Source: Thermoplasmata archaeon
Lineage (GTDB): Archaea; Thermoplasmatota; Thermoplasmata; Lutacidiplasmatales; UBA184
Assembly (NCBI GenBank): GCA_021828665.1
Contig: JAJZDH010000002.1
Span: 1-41,690, forward strand
Direction of reading: 5' to 3'
DNA: 41,690 nucleotides
The notes beneath the pieces were generated by a model. That model ran no database searches and was not told where the DNA came from. It saw only the letters and a program-made list of their open reading frames with translations. The position numbers were made by a program, and so were the translations under genes. Shown here in pieces: positions 8,322-16,561 of the stretch. Position 1 is the first letter of the stretch. Every line of letters begins with the position of its first letter.

Positions 8322-8747
8322 ATGCACATTTCGAATGAAGCTTATGGGGGCCGCCGCTCGGGTCGATCCATGGACCGGGAAGCGTACCCACCCGAGGCAC
8401 CGCGAGTGGCCCGGGCCGGTGGGCCCCTCACCGTCCGTATCGAAGGGATCCCAAAGGGCCGGGAGGAGGAGGTCCGGAAGGAGTTCCACCGCTGGCTCCT
8501 CGCCTCGGAGCTGCCGTACCGGGTCGAGGTTGGGGCCGCCGGCCCGGACGGAGGGACGGTCTTCCTCCGGCCGGAGCCGTCCCGACCCTCCCCGATGGAA
8601 CTGGTCGTGGCGGCCGGCCCCATCCTCGCCACCGCTGGCTCCCCGGGACTCCTCGCCAGCGTACGGCATCGACTCCCGGAGGTCTCCGGGCGGCCGGACG
8701 ACGCCCCTCTCGAACCGGCCGTGCCGATGTGGTGCGACCCGGGGTGA
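8322..8747 (+). CDS. Hypothetical protein
   Basis: This is the frame of track ORF 8292..8747. GC3 is near-uniformly G/C in this frame, whereas the overlapping 8335 frame has many A/T-ending codons. The start is uncertain (8292, 8322 or 8370, the last giving MDREAYPP...). I recognised no family. Confidence 0.45.
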   Translation: MHISNEAYGGRRSGRSMDREAYPPEAPRVARAGGPLTVRIEGIPKGREEEVRKEFHRWLLASELPYRVEVGAAGPDGGTVFLRPEPSRPSPMELVVAAGPILATAGSPGLLASVRHRLPEVSGRPDDAPLEPAVPMWCDPG

Positions 8748-8766
8748 GGAGCCGGTCCTTGGACCG

Positions 8767-9010
8767 GGGCCGGGAGGAGCCGCTCCCTCCCTTCCCGACC
8801 GGAGACCGGAACGGGTGCCGGCACGCCGGGGCCGCCGCGGCGTCCCACCGCCGGTAGCGGCGAGCCCTCTCGGGAGCGGCGCGGGGAACGGCTCCCTCCC
8901 TTCCGGGAAAGAACTGCGACGAGCCGCTCGGGAGCTCCCCGGAGACCGGTAGCGACGGACGGGGGCCGAGGTCCCGGGAGGAGGTGTTCCTTCCCGACTT
9001 CGGCCGATGC
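8767..9010. repeat. Scrambled, degenerate direct repeats in the spacer upstream of pheS
   Basis: Exact repeated words are: GCTCCCTCCCTTCC at 8782 and 8891; CCGGAGACCGG at 8799 and 8939; CCTTCCCGAC at 8790 and 8989; CCGGGAGGAG at 8770 and 8974; CCGGTAGCG at 8851 and 8946. Confidence 0.45.
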
Positions 9011-9127
9011 TCCCGCCGAGAACGCGGACGGGCTCCGCCCTTCTTCCGGAGCTCCGGGCGGGGACCCCCGGGATCGATCGCGACGGCTCCGGCCCCCCGT
9101 GGGGGACCGGCGGCGGGGGTTCCTCCG

Positions 9128-9143
9128 CCCAAAGGGTTTAATC
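9128..9143 (+). promoter_or_regulatory. BRE/TATA-like element (CCCAAAGGG-TTTAATC) of pheS
   Basis: TTTAATC (9137-9143) lies 21 nt before the GTG at 9165. The CCAAAGG word recurs before the TATA-like boxes of the aglB and leu-operon promoters. Confidence 0.5.
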
Positions 9144-9164
9144 GCGTTCCCGGGTTCCCGAGGT

Positions 9165-10697
9165 GTGGTCGCGCCGGAGGGGAGCGGTCCCGACCCATCG
9201 GCGCTCGAGATCACCCTCTCCCCGCCCGAGCGCCAGATCCTCCGCCGGCTGCGGGACCGGCCGGGGCTCACCGAGGAGACGGAGCTCCCGTCGGCCACCG
9301 GGCTTCCCGAGGATGTCCTGCGCGGGGCGCTCCAGCGGCTCCGGGCCAAGCGTCTCGTCGTCGTCGAAGAAGAACACCGCGACCGGCCGGAGCTCACCCG
9401 GCGGGGCGCCGAGGCGCGGGCCCGATCGCTCCCGGAACGACGTCTGCTCGCCGCCCTGGAGCGGCGGGGAGGACTGCTGCCGACCGAGGAGCTCGTCTCG
9501 GATGCCGGGTTGGCGCCGGAGGAGCGATCGGTCGCCATCGGGGTCCTCCGACGGCACGGCTTCCTCGAGGAGGGGGTGCCGTTCCGGCTCCGCGCCGATG
9601 CCCCGGATCCCCGGAAACCCCTCCCGGAGGAGACCGCCCTCGAGGAGGCCGCCGACTCCCGGATGGGGGCCGACGCCGCGGTTCGGGCGACGCTCCTCCG
9701 GCGCGGGCTCCTCGAGATCGTGCGGGAGACCCGCCGGCGATGGGCGGCCTCTCCGGAGGGGGCCGCGCTCCCGCTGGGGGAGGGGGACCGACCCCAGGTG
9801 GGAGCGCTCACGGCGGCGCTCCTGAGAGACGGCTCCTGGCGGACCGCCGAGTTCCGGCCGTACGATGTCCGGGGGGAGGTCCCGTACCGGTCCGGCCCGG
9901 ACGATCATCCGTACGCGCGGTTCCTCGAGGAGTTCGCCGAGATCCTGGTCGGCCTCGGGTTCGAGGAAGCGGACGGCCCCCTCATCGAGACGGAGTTCTG
10001 GAACGCCGACATCCTGTACATGCCGCAGGAGCACCCCGCGCGCTCGGTCCACGACGTCTTCTTCCTCCGGGGCTTCTCCGGTCGGCCGCCGGAGGGGCCG
10101 CTCCTCGCCCGGGTCCAGGCGGCCCACGAAGGCGTCCCGCTCCCCGGCGAGCCCGAGGCGATCTCCACCGGGTGGCGGGCCCCGTACCGGACCGAGGTGG
10201 CCCGCCGACCGGTCCTCCGTTCCCAGACCACGGCGGTCTCCGCCCGCTTCCTGGCCCGGGCCCCGCGCCCGCCGTTCCGAATGTTCTCCCTGGGCCGCGT
10301 CTACCGGCCGGATGCCCTGGACGCCACCCACCACATCGAGTTCTTCCAATGCGAAGGGATCCTCGGGGGCGAGGGCACCAGCCTGAGAGACCTGCTGGGG
10401 ATCTTCCAGGAACTGGCCCGGGCCCTCGGCATCTCCGAGGTGCGGCTGCGTCCGAGCTACTTCCCGTTCACGGAACCGTCGGTGGAAGGGTATGTGAGGC
10501 ACCCGCGGCTCGGTTGGATCGAGGTCTTCCCGGGCGGGCTCTTCCGGCCCGAGGTGCTCCGCCCGCTCGGGATCGGGGTCCCGGTCGCGGCCTGGGGGAT
10601 CGGGGTGACCCGGCTCGCCATGGTCGCCCTCGGCCTCAGCGATATCCGGGATCTGTTCTCCCACGACCTCGGCCGCCTGACCGCGCGGGGGATGTAG
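9165..10697 (+). CDS. pheS: Phenylalanine--tRNA ligase alpha subunit (archaeal type)
   Basis: Track ORF 9099..10697; the GTG at 9165 is favoured by the promoter spacing (leaderless). Class II motifs: FRMFSLGRVYRPD, HHIEFFQCEG, SYFPFTEPSVEG, GIGVTRLAM. Confidence 0.9.
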   Translation: MVAPEGSGPDPSALEITLSPPERQILRRLRDRPGLTEETELPSATGLPEDVLRGALQRLRAKRLVVVEEEHRDRPELTRRGAEARARSLPERRLLAALERRGGLLPTEELVSDAGLAPEERSVAIGVLRRHGFLEEGVPFRLRADAPDPRKPLPEETALEEAADSRMGADAAVRATLLRRGLLEIVRETRRRWAASPEGAALPLGEGDRPQVGALTAALLRDGSWRTAEFRPYDVRGEVPYRSGPDDHPYARFLEEFAEILVGLGFEEADGPLIETEFWNADILYMPQEHPARSVHDVFFLRGFSGRPPEGPLLARVQAAHEGVPLPGEPEAISTGWRAPYRTEVARRPVLRSQTTAVSARFLARAPRPPFRMFSLGRVYRPDALDATHHIEFFQCEGILGGEGTSLRDLLGIFQELARALGISEVRLRPSYFPFTEPSVEGYVRHPRLGWIEVFPGGLFRPEVLRPLGIGVPVAAWGIGVTRLAMVALGLSDIRDLFSHDLGRLTARGM

Positions 10698-10706
10698 GGG
10701 CATCGC

Positions 10707-12392
10707 ATGCCGCAGAGCACCCTCTCCTTCGCCCGCACCTTCGAGGGGTGGGATCCGCCGCCCTCCCCCGGGGAGCTTCGGGAGATCCTGTTCCGTTCGT
10801 CCAAGGCGGAAGTGGTGGAGTGCGTCGGGGATTCCCTCCTGGTCGAGGTCACCCCGGACCGGCTGGACCTGTTGAGCGAGGGCGGACTCCGCCACCATCT
10901 CGAAGGGCTCCGGGACCGGGCCGTCGGCCTGCCGGCCTGGCGGTGGCGCCCGAAGGCCGATCCGTCGTTCGCGATCGAGGTGGCCGCCTCGGTGGCCCCG
11001 CTCCGGCCCTACCTCGGGGCGGTGCGGCTCCGGGCCCCGGAGGGCGACGGTCTCGACCCGGGGCTCCTCGCGGAGGCGGTCCGCTTCCAGGAGCTCCTGC
11101 ACGCGACCCTCGGCCTCGACCGGAGCTCGGCGAGCCTCGGGATCTATCCGGCCGAGGGGCTCCGGTCCCCCCTGCGCTACGAGGTCGCCCCGCTCGACGA
11201 CGAACTCCGATTCGTCCCCCTCGACGGGAACCGGGCCGTCCCCGTGGCGGAATTCCTCGGGGGGCATCCCCTGGCCGAGCGGTACGGTCATCTCGGCCGT
11301 TCCGATGTCGGGTGCCTCGTCCTCCGGGACGCCGACGGGGAGATCCTGAGCCTCCCGCCGATCCTCAACAGCGGCGACCGGGGACGGGCCCGACCGGGAG
11401 ACCGGGACCTCCTCCTGGAATCGACCGGCCGGCGCTCGAGCCGGGTGGAGGAGATCCTGGGGCTCCTCGAACTCCCCTTCCTCGCCCGGGGATGGGAAGC
11501 GGAGCCGGTGCGGGTCCGGTATCCGGACCGTACGGAGGAGGGCTCGGAGCGGGTCGGCCCCCGGAGCCTGGGGCTCGATCCGGCCCTGGTCGTCCGCCTC
11601 TCCGGGCTCGAGATCCCGGCGACGGAGATGATCCACGAACTGGAGCGTTCCCGCCTGGGGGCCCGGATCGAGGGTTCCGGGCTCCGGGTCGAGGTGCCTC
11701 CGTGGAGGCCGGATCTCCAGAGCCCCGTCGACCTCGCAGAGGATCTGCTCCTCGCCCGGGGGCTCCGTCCGGAGGAGGCGCGCGTGCCGCCGAGCCTGAC
11801 CCGCGGGCGCCGGCTGCCGTCGGTCCGCTTCCACCGGGCCGTCCGGACCCAGCTCCTCGGCCTCGGTTTCGTCCCGCTGCTCTCGCCGGTCCTGGTCCCG
11901 GAGCGGAACGTACTCCTCCTGGGTCGGGACCCGATCGCCGTGGCCAATCCGGTCTCCCTCGAATACGCCCGACCGCGGGACAGCCTTCTCCTCTCCCTCC
12001 TCGCCGCCCTAGGGGATAACATCCGCTACGGCTATCCCCAGCGGACGAGCGAGCTCGGTCCGGTGGTGACGCCCGACCCGGAGTCGGAGACCGGGGCGCG
12101 GACGGAACACCGGGCGGCGTTCCTGGTCGCTGCCGAGGGGGCCGGTTTTGCCGACGGTGCCGCCGTGGTGGAGTACCTTCTCCGCCGGGCCTCGGTGACC
12201 GGGGTGCGCGAGCCGGCCCCCCTTCCGGGCACCCTCCCCGGACGGGCGGCCCGGGTCCGGCTCGCGGGGGCGGTGGTGGCGGAGATCGGGGAGATCCACC
12301 CGGAGGTCCTCGTCCGGCTAGGGGTGCCGGTGCCGGCGGTCTGGGGGGAGCTCCACCTCTCCGCCCTCGAGCCGCTCCTCCGGGGAGAATAG
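10707..12392 (+). CDS. pheT: Phenylalanine--tRNA ligase beta subunit (archaeal type)
   Basis: 561 aa, starting 9 nt after the pheS stop. The length and N-terminus (MPQSTLSFARTFEGW...EVTPDRLDLLSEGG) are typical of archaeal PheT, and it is adjacent to pheS. Confidence 0.88.
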   Translation: MPQSTLSFARTFEGWDPPPSPGELREILFRSSKAEVVECVGDSLLVEVTPDRLDLLSEGGLRHHLEGLRDRAVGLPAWRWRPKADPSFAIEVAASVAPLRPYLGAVRLRAPEGDGLDPGLLAEAVRFQELLHATLGLDRSSASLGIYPAEGLRSPLRYEVAPLDDELRFVPLDGNRAVPVAEFLGGHPLAERYGHLGRSDVGCLVLRDADGEILSLPPILNSGDRGRARPGDRDLLLESTGRRSSRVEEILGLLELPFLARGWEAEPVRVRYPDRTEEGSERVGPRSLGLDPALVVRLSGLEIPATEMIHELERSRLGARIEGSGLRVEVPPWRPDLQSPVDLAEDLLLARGLRPEEARVPPSLTRGRRLPSVRFHRAVRTQLLGLGFVPLLSPVLVPERNVLLLGRDPIAVANPVSLEYARPRDSLLLSLLAALGDNIRYGYPQRTSELGPVVTPDPESETGARTEHRAAFLVAAEGAGFADGAAVVEYLLRRASVTGVREPAPLPGTLPGRAARVRLAGAVVAEIGEIHPEVLVRLGVPVPAVWGELHLSALEPLLRGE

Positions 12393-12423
12393 CCCAAATA
12401 CCCCGGACCCCCATCGGACCGGG

Positions 12424-14097
12424 ATGGTCGCCCGTCGTCCGGCCGCGGAGACCCCCCGCGCGCGGTGGGAGCGGGAGGCCGCGGCGGCGCTCGGCCCGAA
12501 CGCCCCGCCGGGCCGGATCCCGCTCGTGAGCGGGCCCTCCGGATCCCCGTTCGGCCCCGAGCTCGCCACCCGTGGCTTCCCGGGCCGCTACCCGTTCACC
12601 CGGGGCATCCAGCCGACGATGTACCGGGGACGGCTCTGGACCTTCCGCCAGTATTCGGGGTTCGGGACCGCCCGGGAGACGAACCGTCGCTACCGCTACC
12701 TCATGGAGAGCGGCCAGACCGGTCTTTCGGTCGCCTTCGATCTCCCCACGCAGATCGGGTACGACTCCGACCACGCGATGGCCCGCGGGGAGGTGGGGCG
12801 GTGCGGGGTGGCCGTCGCCTCGGTGGCCGACATGTCGACCCTCTTCCGGGGGATCGCGCTCGATCGCGCCACGGTTTCCATGACCATCAATGCGACCGCT
12901 CCGATCCTGACGGCCCTCCTGGTGGCGGTGGGGGAGGCCCAGGGGGTGCCGCGCCAACGTCTCGGCGGCACGGTGCAGAACGACATCCTCAAGGAGTACA
13001 TCGCCCGGGGGACCTACATCTACCCGCCGGGGCCGTCCCTCCGGCTGGCCGTCGACCTCATCGAATTCGCGACGCGGGAGATGCCGCTTTGGAATTTCAT
13101 GAGCGTCTCCGGCTACCACATGCGCGAGGCCGGGGCCACCGCGAGCCAGGAAGTGGCGTTCACGATCGCGAACGCCCTCGCCTACGTGGCGGCGGTGAAG
13201 GCCCGGGGGCTGGACGTCGACGAATTCCTCCCCCGGCTCTCCTTCTTCTTCTCCGCGGACCGGGATTTCCTCGAGGAGATCGCCAAGTTCCGGGCGGCCC
13301 GGCGGCTCTGGGCCACCCTGGCCCGGGAGGAGCTCGGCGCCCGGAGCCCGCGGGCCCAGCAGATGCGGTTCCACACCCAGACCGCCGGATCGTCGCTCAC
13401 CGCCCAGCAGCCCGAGCTCAACGTCGTCCGGACCACCATCGAGGCGCTGGCGGCCGTCCTGGGGGGGACCCAGTCGCTCCACACGAATGCCCTCGACGAG
13501 GCGCTCGGCCTCCCCACGCCGGAGTCGGCCCGCCTCGCCCTCCGGACCCAGCAGATCCTCGCGGAGGAGAGCGGGGTCCCGTCGGTCGTGGACCCGTTGG
13601 GGGGCTCCTACACCATCGAAGCGCTCACCGACCGGATCGAGTCGGAGGCCCGGGGGTACCTGGACCGGATCGCCGCGCTGGGCGGGGCGCTCGCCGCCGT
13701 CGACCGTGGATATTTCCAGACGGAGATCGCCCGGGAGGCGTACCGGACCGCCCGGGCCCGGGAGGCCCGCGAGGAGCTCGTGGTCGGCGTGAACGCGCAC
13801 ACCGAGGGCCGGGAGGCGTTCTCCCTCTTCCCGAAGCGGGGCCACGTGGGCGTCGAGGTCCTCCGGGTGACCCCGGCGCAGGAGCGGGCGCAGATCGCCG
13901 CGCTCCGGCGGTTCAAGGCGGCGCGGGACCGGCCCCGGGCGGAGGCGGCGCTCGCCGACCTGGGGCGGGCCACCGACCGCGGGGAGAATGTCATGCTTCC
14001 CCTCCTCGCCGCGGTCCGGGCCCGGGTCACCCTCGGCGAGGTCGCCGGGCTCTGGCGGGAGCGGTTCGGGGAGCATCCCCCCTCCCGCGCGTTCTGA
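12424..14097 (+). CDS. mcmA: Methylmalonyl-CoA mutase, large (catalytic) subunit; the B12-binding subunit is not encoded here
   Basis: 557 aa. Motifs: YPFTRGIQPTMYRGRLWTFRQYSGFGTARETNRRYRYL, GLSVAFDLPTQIGYDSDH, HTQTAGSSLTAQQP. An A/T box, AAATAC (12396-12401), lies 22 nt before the ATG. Confidence 0.92.
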   Translation: MVARRPAAETPRARWEREAAAALGPNAPPGRIPLVSGPSGSPFGPELATRGFPGRYPFTRGIQPTMYRGRLWTFRQYSGFGTARETNRRYRYLMESGQTGLSVAFDLPTQIGYDSDHAMARGEVGRCGVAVASVADMSTLFRGIALDRATVSMTINATAPILTALLVAVGEAQGVPRQRLGGTVQNDILKEYIARGTYIYPPGPSLRLAVDLIEFATREMPLWNFMSVSGYHMREAGATASQEVAFTIANALAYVAAVKARGLDVDEFLPRLSFFFSADRDFLEEIAKFRAARRLWATLAREELGARSPRAQQMRFHTQTAGSSLTAQQPELNVVRTTIEALAAVLGGTQSLHTNALDEALGLPTPESARLALRTQQILAEESGVPSVVDPLGGSYTIEALTDRIESEARGYLDRIAALGGALAAVDRGYFQTEIAREAYRTARAREAREELVVGVNAHTEGREAFSLFPKRGHVGVEVLRVTPAQERAQIAALRRFKAARDRPRAEAALADLGRATDRGENVMLPLLAAVRARVTLGEVAGLWRERFGEHPPSRAF

Positions 14098-14229
14098 GCC
14101 GTCGCTCGCGCCCGGCCCCGGCTCCCGGTCGGCGCGGGCCCGGGGGCCGATCGGGGCCCCCGCGAGCTCCGTCGGAGCCGCCCCGGGCGGCAAGGTCTAG
14201 TACCGGCGTCCGTATCGGCCGCCCGGACC

Positions 14230-14628
14230 ATGGAGATCGATCATCTGGGCCTCGCGGTCCGGGATCTCGCGGCCGTGCTGCCCTCCTGGGAGAGGATCTC
14301 CGGGAGCGCGGCGAGCCCGCCCGAGGAGGTGCCTTCGCAGAAGGTGCGGGTCGCCTTCCTCGAGGTCGGGGAGACGCATCTCGAGTTCCTGGAACCGACC
14401 GATCCGACCTCCCCCGTCGCGCGCTTCCTCGCCGCCCGGGGGGAGGGGATGCACCATGTGGCCTTCCGGGTCCCGAACGTCGACCAGAAGCTCGCTGAGC
14501 TGGCCCGGCAGGGCACCCGGCTCATCGATTCTGCCTCCCGTCCGGGCGCCCGGGGCCGGCGGGTCGGGTTCGCCCACCCCTCCGCCTTCGCGGGCACGCT
14601 CGTGGAATTCGTGGAGCGGGTCCCGTGA
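14230..14628 (+). CDS. mce: Methylmalonyl-CoA epimerase (glyoxalase/VOC fold)
   Basis: 132 aa. Motifs: MEIDHLGLAVRDL...VAFLEVGETHLEFLEP...GEGMHHVAFRVPNVD...GFAHP. It is adjacent to the mutase. Confidence 0.85.
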   Translation: MEIDHLGLAVRDLAAVLPSWERISGSAASPPEEVPSQKVRVAFLEVGETHLEFLEPTDPTSPVARFLAARGEGMHHVAFRVPNVDQKLAELARQGTRLIDSASRPGARGRRVGFAHPSAFAGTLVEFVERVP

Positions 14629-15839
14629 CCGCGGTGGCGGAGGTCACCCTCCGGCGGATCTACGACAGCCGGGGCCAACCGACCATCGAGGCGACCGTCG
14701 CGAGCGAGGCGGGCGTCCTCGGCCGGGCCGGGGCACCCTCCGGCGCCAGCACCGGAACGCACGAGGTCCGGGCCTTCCCGGAGGGGGGCGTGGCGGAGGT
14801 CCTCCGCCGCTTCGGGGCGCGGGAGCGGGAGAAGCTCGTGGGGGTCCCCCTGGGGGCCCAGGCCGACTGGGATCTCCTCCTGCGCACGCTGGACGGCCGC
14901 CCCGACCTCTCCCGGCTGGGGGGCAACACCGCGACCGCGCTGTCCCTGGCGTATGCCCGGGCGGGGGCGACCGAGTCGGACCGACCGTTGTGGGAGGTCT
15001 GGCGCCGCCCCGGGGTCGCGTCGAAGCAATTCCCGAACCTCGTCGGCAACTGCCTGAACGGCGGGAAGCATGCCATCAACGGACCGGAGTTCCAGGAGTT
15101 CCTCGCCATCGCCTCCGCGGAGCGCCCCGAGGATTCCCTCCGGGCCGCGCTCGACGTCCACCGGCGCGTCGGGGCGGCGCTCCGGGCCCGGTCGCCCACC
15201 GCGGCGCTCGGACGGGGCGACGAAGGAGGCTGGGTGGCCGCCGTGGAGAGCCGGGAGGGCCTCGAGATCCTGTCCCGGGCGTGCCGGGAGACCCGGGAGG
15301 AGCTCCACCTCCCCGTGCATCCGGGGCTCGACCTCGCGGCCAGCGAGTTCTACTCCGACGGCCGGTACCATTATCGCGGGACGACCCGGAGCCCCGAGGA
15401 GCAGCGGCGGTTCCTCGTTGACCTGGTCGACGAGTTCGGTCTCACGTACGTCGAGGACCCGTTCGATCAGGAGGACTTCGAATCGTTCTCCCGGTTCACC
15501 GCCGAGGTCGGGGGCCGCTGCCGGGTGGTCGGCGACGACCTGTACACCACCCGCCGGGAGCGGCTGGAACGGGGGATCGCGGCCCGGGCCACCAACGCGA
15601 TCCTGATCAAGGTGAACCAGGTCGGGACGCTCACCGACACCTTCGCCACCATCGACCGCGCCCGCGCCGCCGGGTGGGCGACGGTGACCTCCCACCGTTC
15701 CGGGGAGGTGCCCGAGGAGTGGCTCCCCCACCTCGCCGTGGCGAGCGGGGCCGCGGGGCTGAAATGCGGCCTGATGGGCGGGGAACGGATAGCAAAGCTA
15801 AATGAACTCCTGCGGCTCGCGGGCCCCACCGAGAGCTGA
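14625..15839 (+). CDS. eno: Enolase (phosphopyruvate hydratase), a divergent member
   Basis: 404 aa. The GTG start overlaps the mce stop (GTGA). Motifs: YDSRGQPTIEATV, PSGASTGTHE, LNGGKHA..QEF, LDLAASEFY, VEDPF, VVGDDLYTT, LIKVNQVGTLT, SHRSGE, LKCG. Confidence 0.88.
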   Translation: MTAVAEVTLRRIYDSRGQPTIEATVASEAGVLGRAGAPSGASTGTHEVRAFPEGGVAEVLRRFGAREREKLVGVPLGAQADWDLLLRTLDGRPDLSRLGGNTATALSLAYARAGATESDRPLWEVWRRPGVASKQFPNLVGNCLNGGKHAINGPEFQEFLAIASAERPEDSLRAALDVHRRVGAALRARSPTAALGRGDEGGWVAAVESREGLEILSRACRETREELHLPVHPGLDLAASEFYSDGRYHYRGTTRSPEEQRRFLVDLVDEFGLTYVEDPFDQEDFESFSRFTAEVGGRCRVVGDDLYTTRRERLERGIAARATNAILIKVNQVGTLTDTFATIDRARAAGWATVTSHRSGEVPEEWLPHLAVASGAAGLKCGLMGGERIAKLNELLRLAGPTES

Positions 15840-15842
15840 TCC

Positions 15843-16511
15843 ATGACCCCCCCGGCCGACGAAGTGATGTCCGAGGATGCCCCGCCCACCGACCACGAGG
15901 GCCAGGACACCGTTCCCGGGGAGCTCCTCATCCCCGAGGACACGTACCTGACCTCGGGCATCCACATCGGGACCCAGCAGAAGTCGGCGAGCATGCGCCG
16001 GTTCGTCTACAAGATCCGCTACGACGGCCTCTACGTCCTGAACATCAAGGAGACCGACCGGAGGATCCGGATCGCCGCCCGCTTCCTCAGCCGCTTCCGT
16101 CCCGAGCAGATCCTCTCGGTCAGCCAGCGGCAGTACGGCCAGAAGCCGGTGCGGATCTTCGCGAAGACCACCGGCGCCGTCTCCTTCTCCGAACGGTTCG
16201 TTCCGGGCTGCCTCACCAACCCCGCCCTGGTGGAGTACATCGAACCGAAGGTCCTGATCGTGACCGACCCCGCCACCGACCAGCAGGCGCTCAGCGAGGC
16301 GGTCTCCATCGGCATCCCCGTCGTCGGCGTCTGCGATGTCAACAACGAGACCCGGGACGTCGACCTGGTGATCCCGGCGAACAACAAGGGACGGGTGGCG
16401 CTCGCCACGGTCTACTGGCTGCTCGCCCGGGAAGTGCGGCGGGCCCGGGCCGGGGAGGGTGCGGAACCGTCCTACACCCTGACCGCCGACGACTTCCTGG
16501 CCGCGCTCTGA
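15843..16511 (+). CDS. rps2: 30S ribosomal protein S2 (uS2)
   Basis: 222 aa. Motifs: YLTSGIHIGTQQKSASMRRFVYKIRYDGLYVLNIKETD, VTDPATDQQALSEAVSIGIPVVGVCDVNN. It starts 3 nt after the eno stop. Confidence 0.93.
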   Translation: MTPPADEVMSEDAPPTDHEGQDTVPGELLIPEDTYLTSGIHIGTQQKSASMRRFVYKIRYDGLYVLNIKETDRRIRIAARFLSRFRPEQILSVSQRQYGQKPVRIFAKTTGAVSFSERFVPGCLTNPALVEYIEPKVLIVTDPATDQQALSEAVSIGIPVVGVCDVNNETRDVDLVIPANNKGRVALATVYWLLAREVRRARAGEGAEPSYTLTADDFLAAL

Positions 16512-16561
16512 GCGGTCCCCCGCCCCGGTACCGTTATTCGTCCGCCATCCCCTGAGGGGCC

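Noticed and set aside
14138-14160. GC-only hairpin (GGGGGCC-N6-GGCCCCC) after the mutase gene, as a terminator
   Set aside because: Archaeal termination relies mainly on oligo-T tracts, which are absent here. The downstream epimerase has its own A/T box. The stem is likely a composition artefact.
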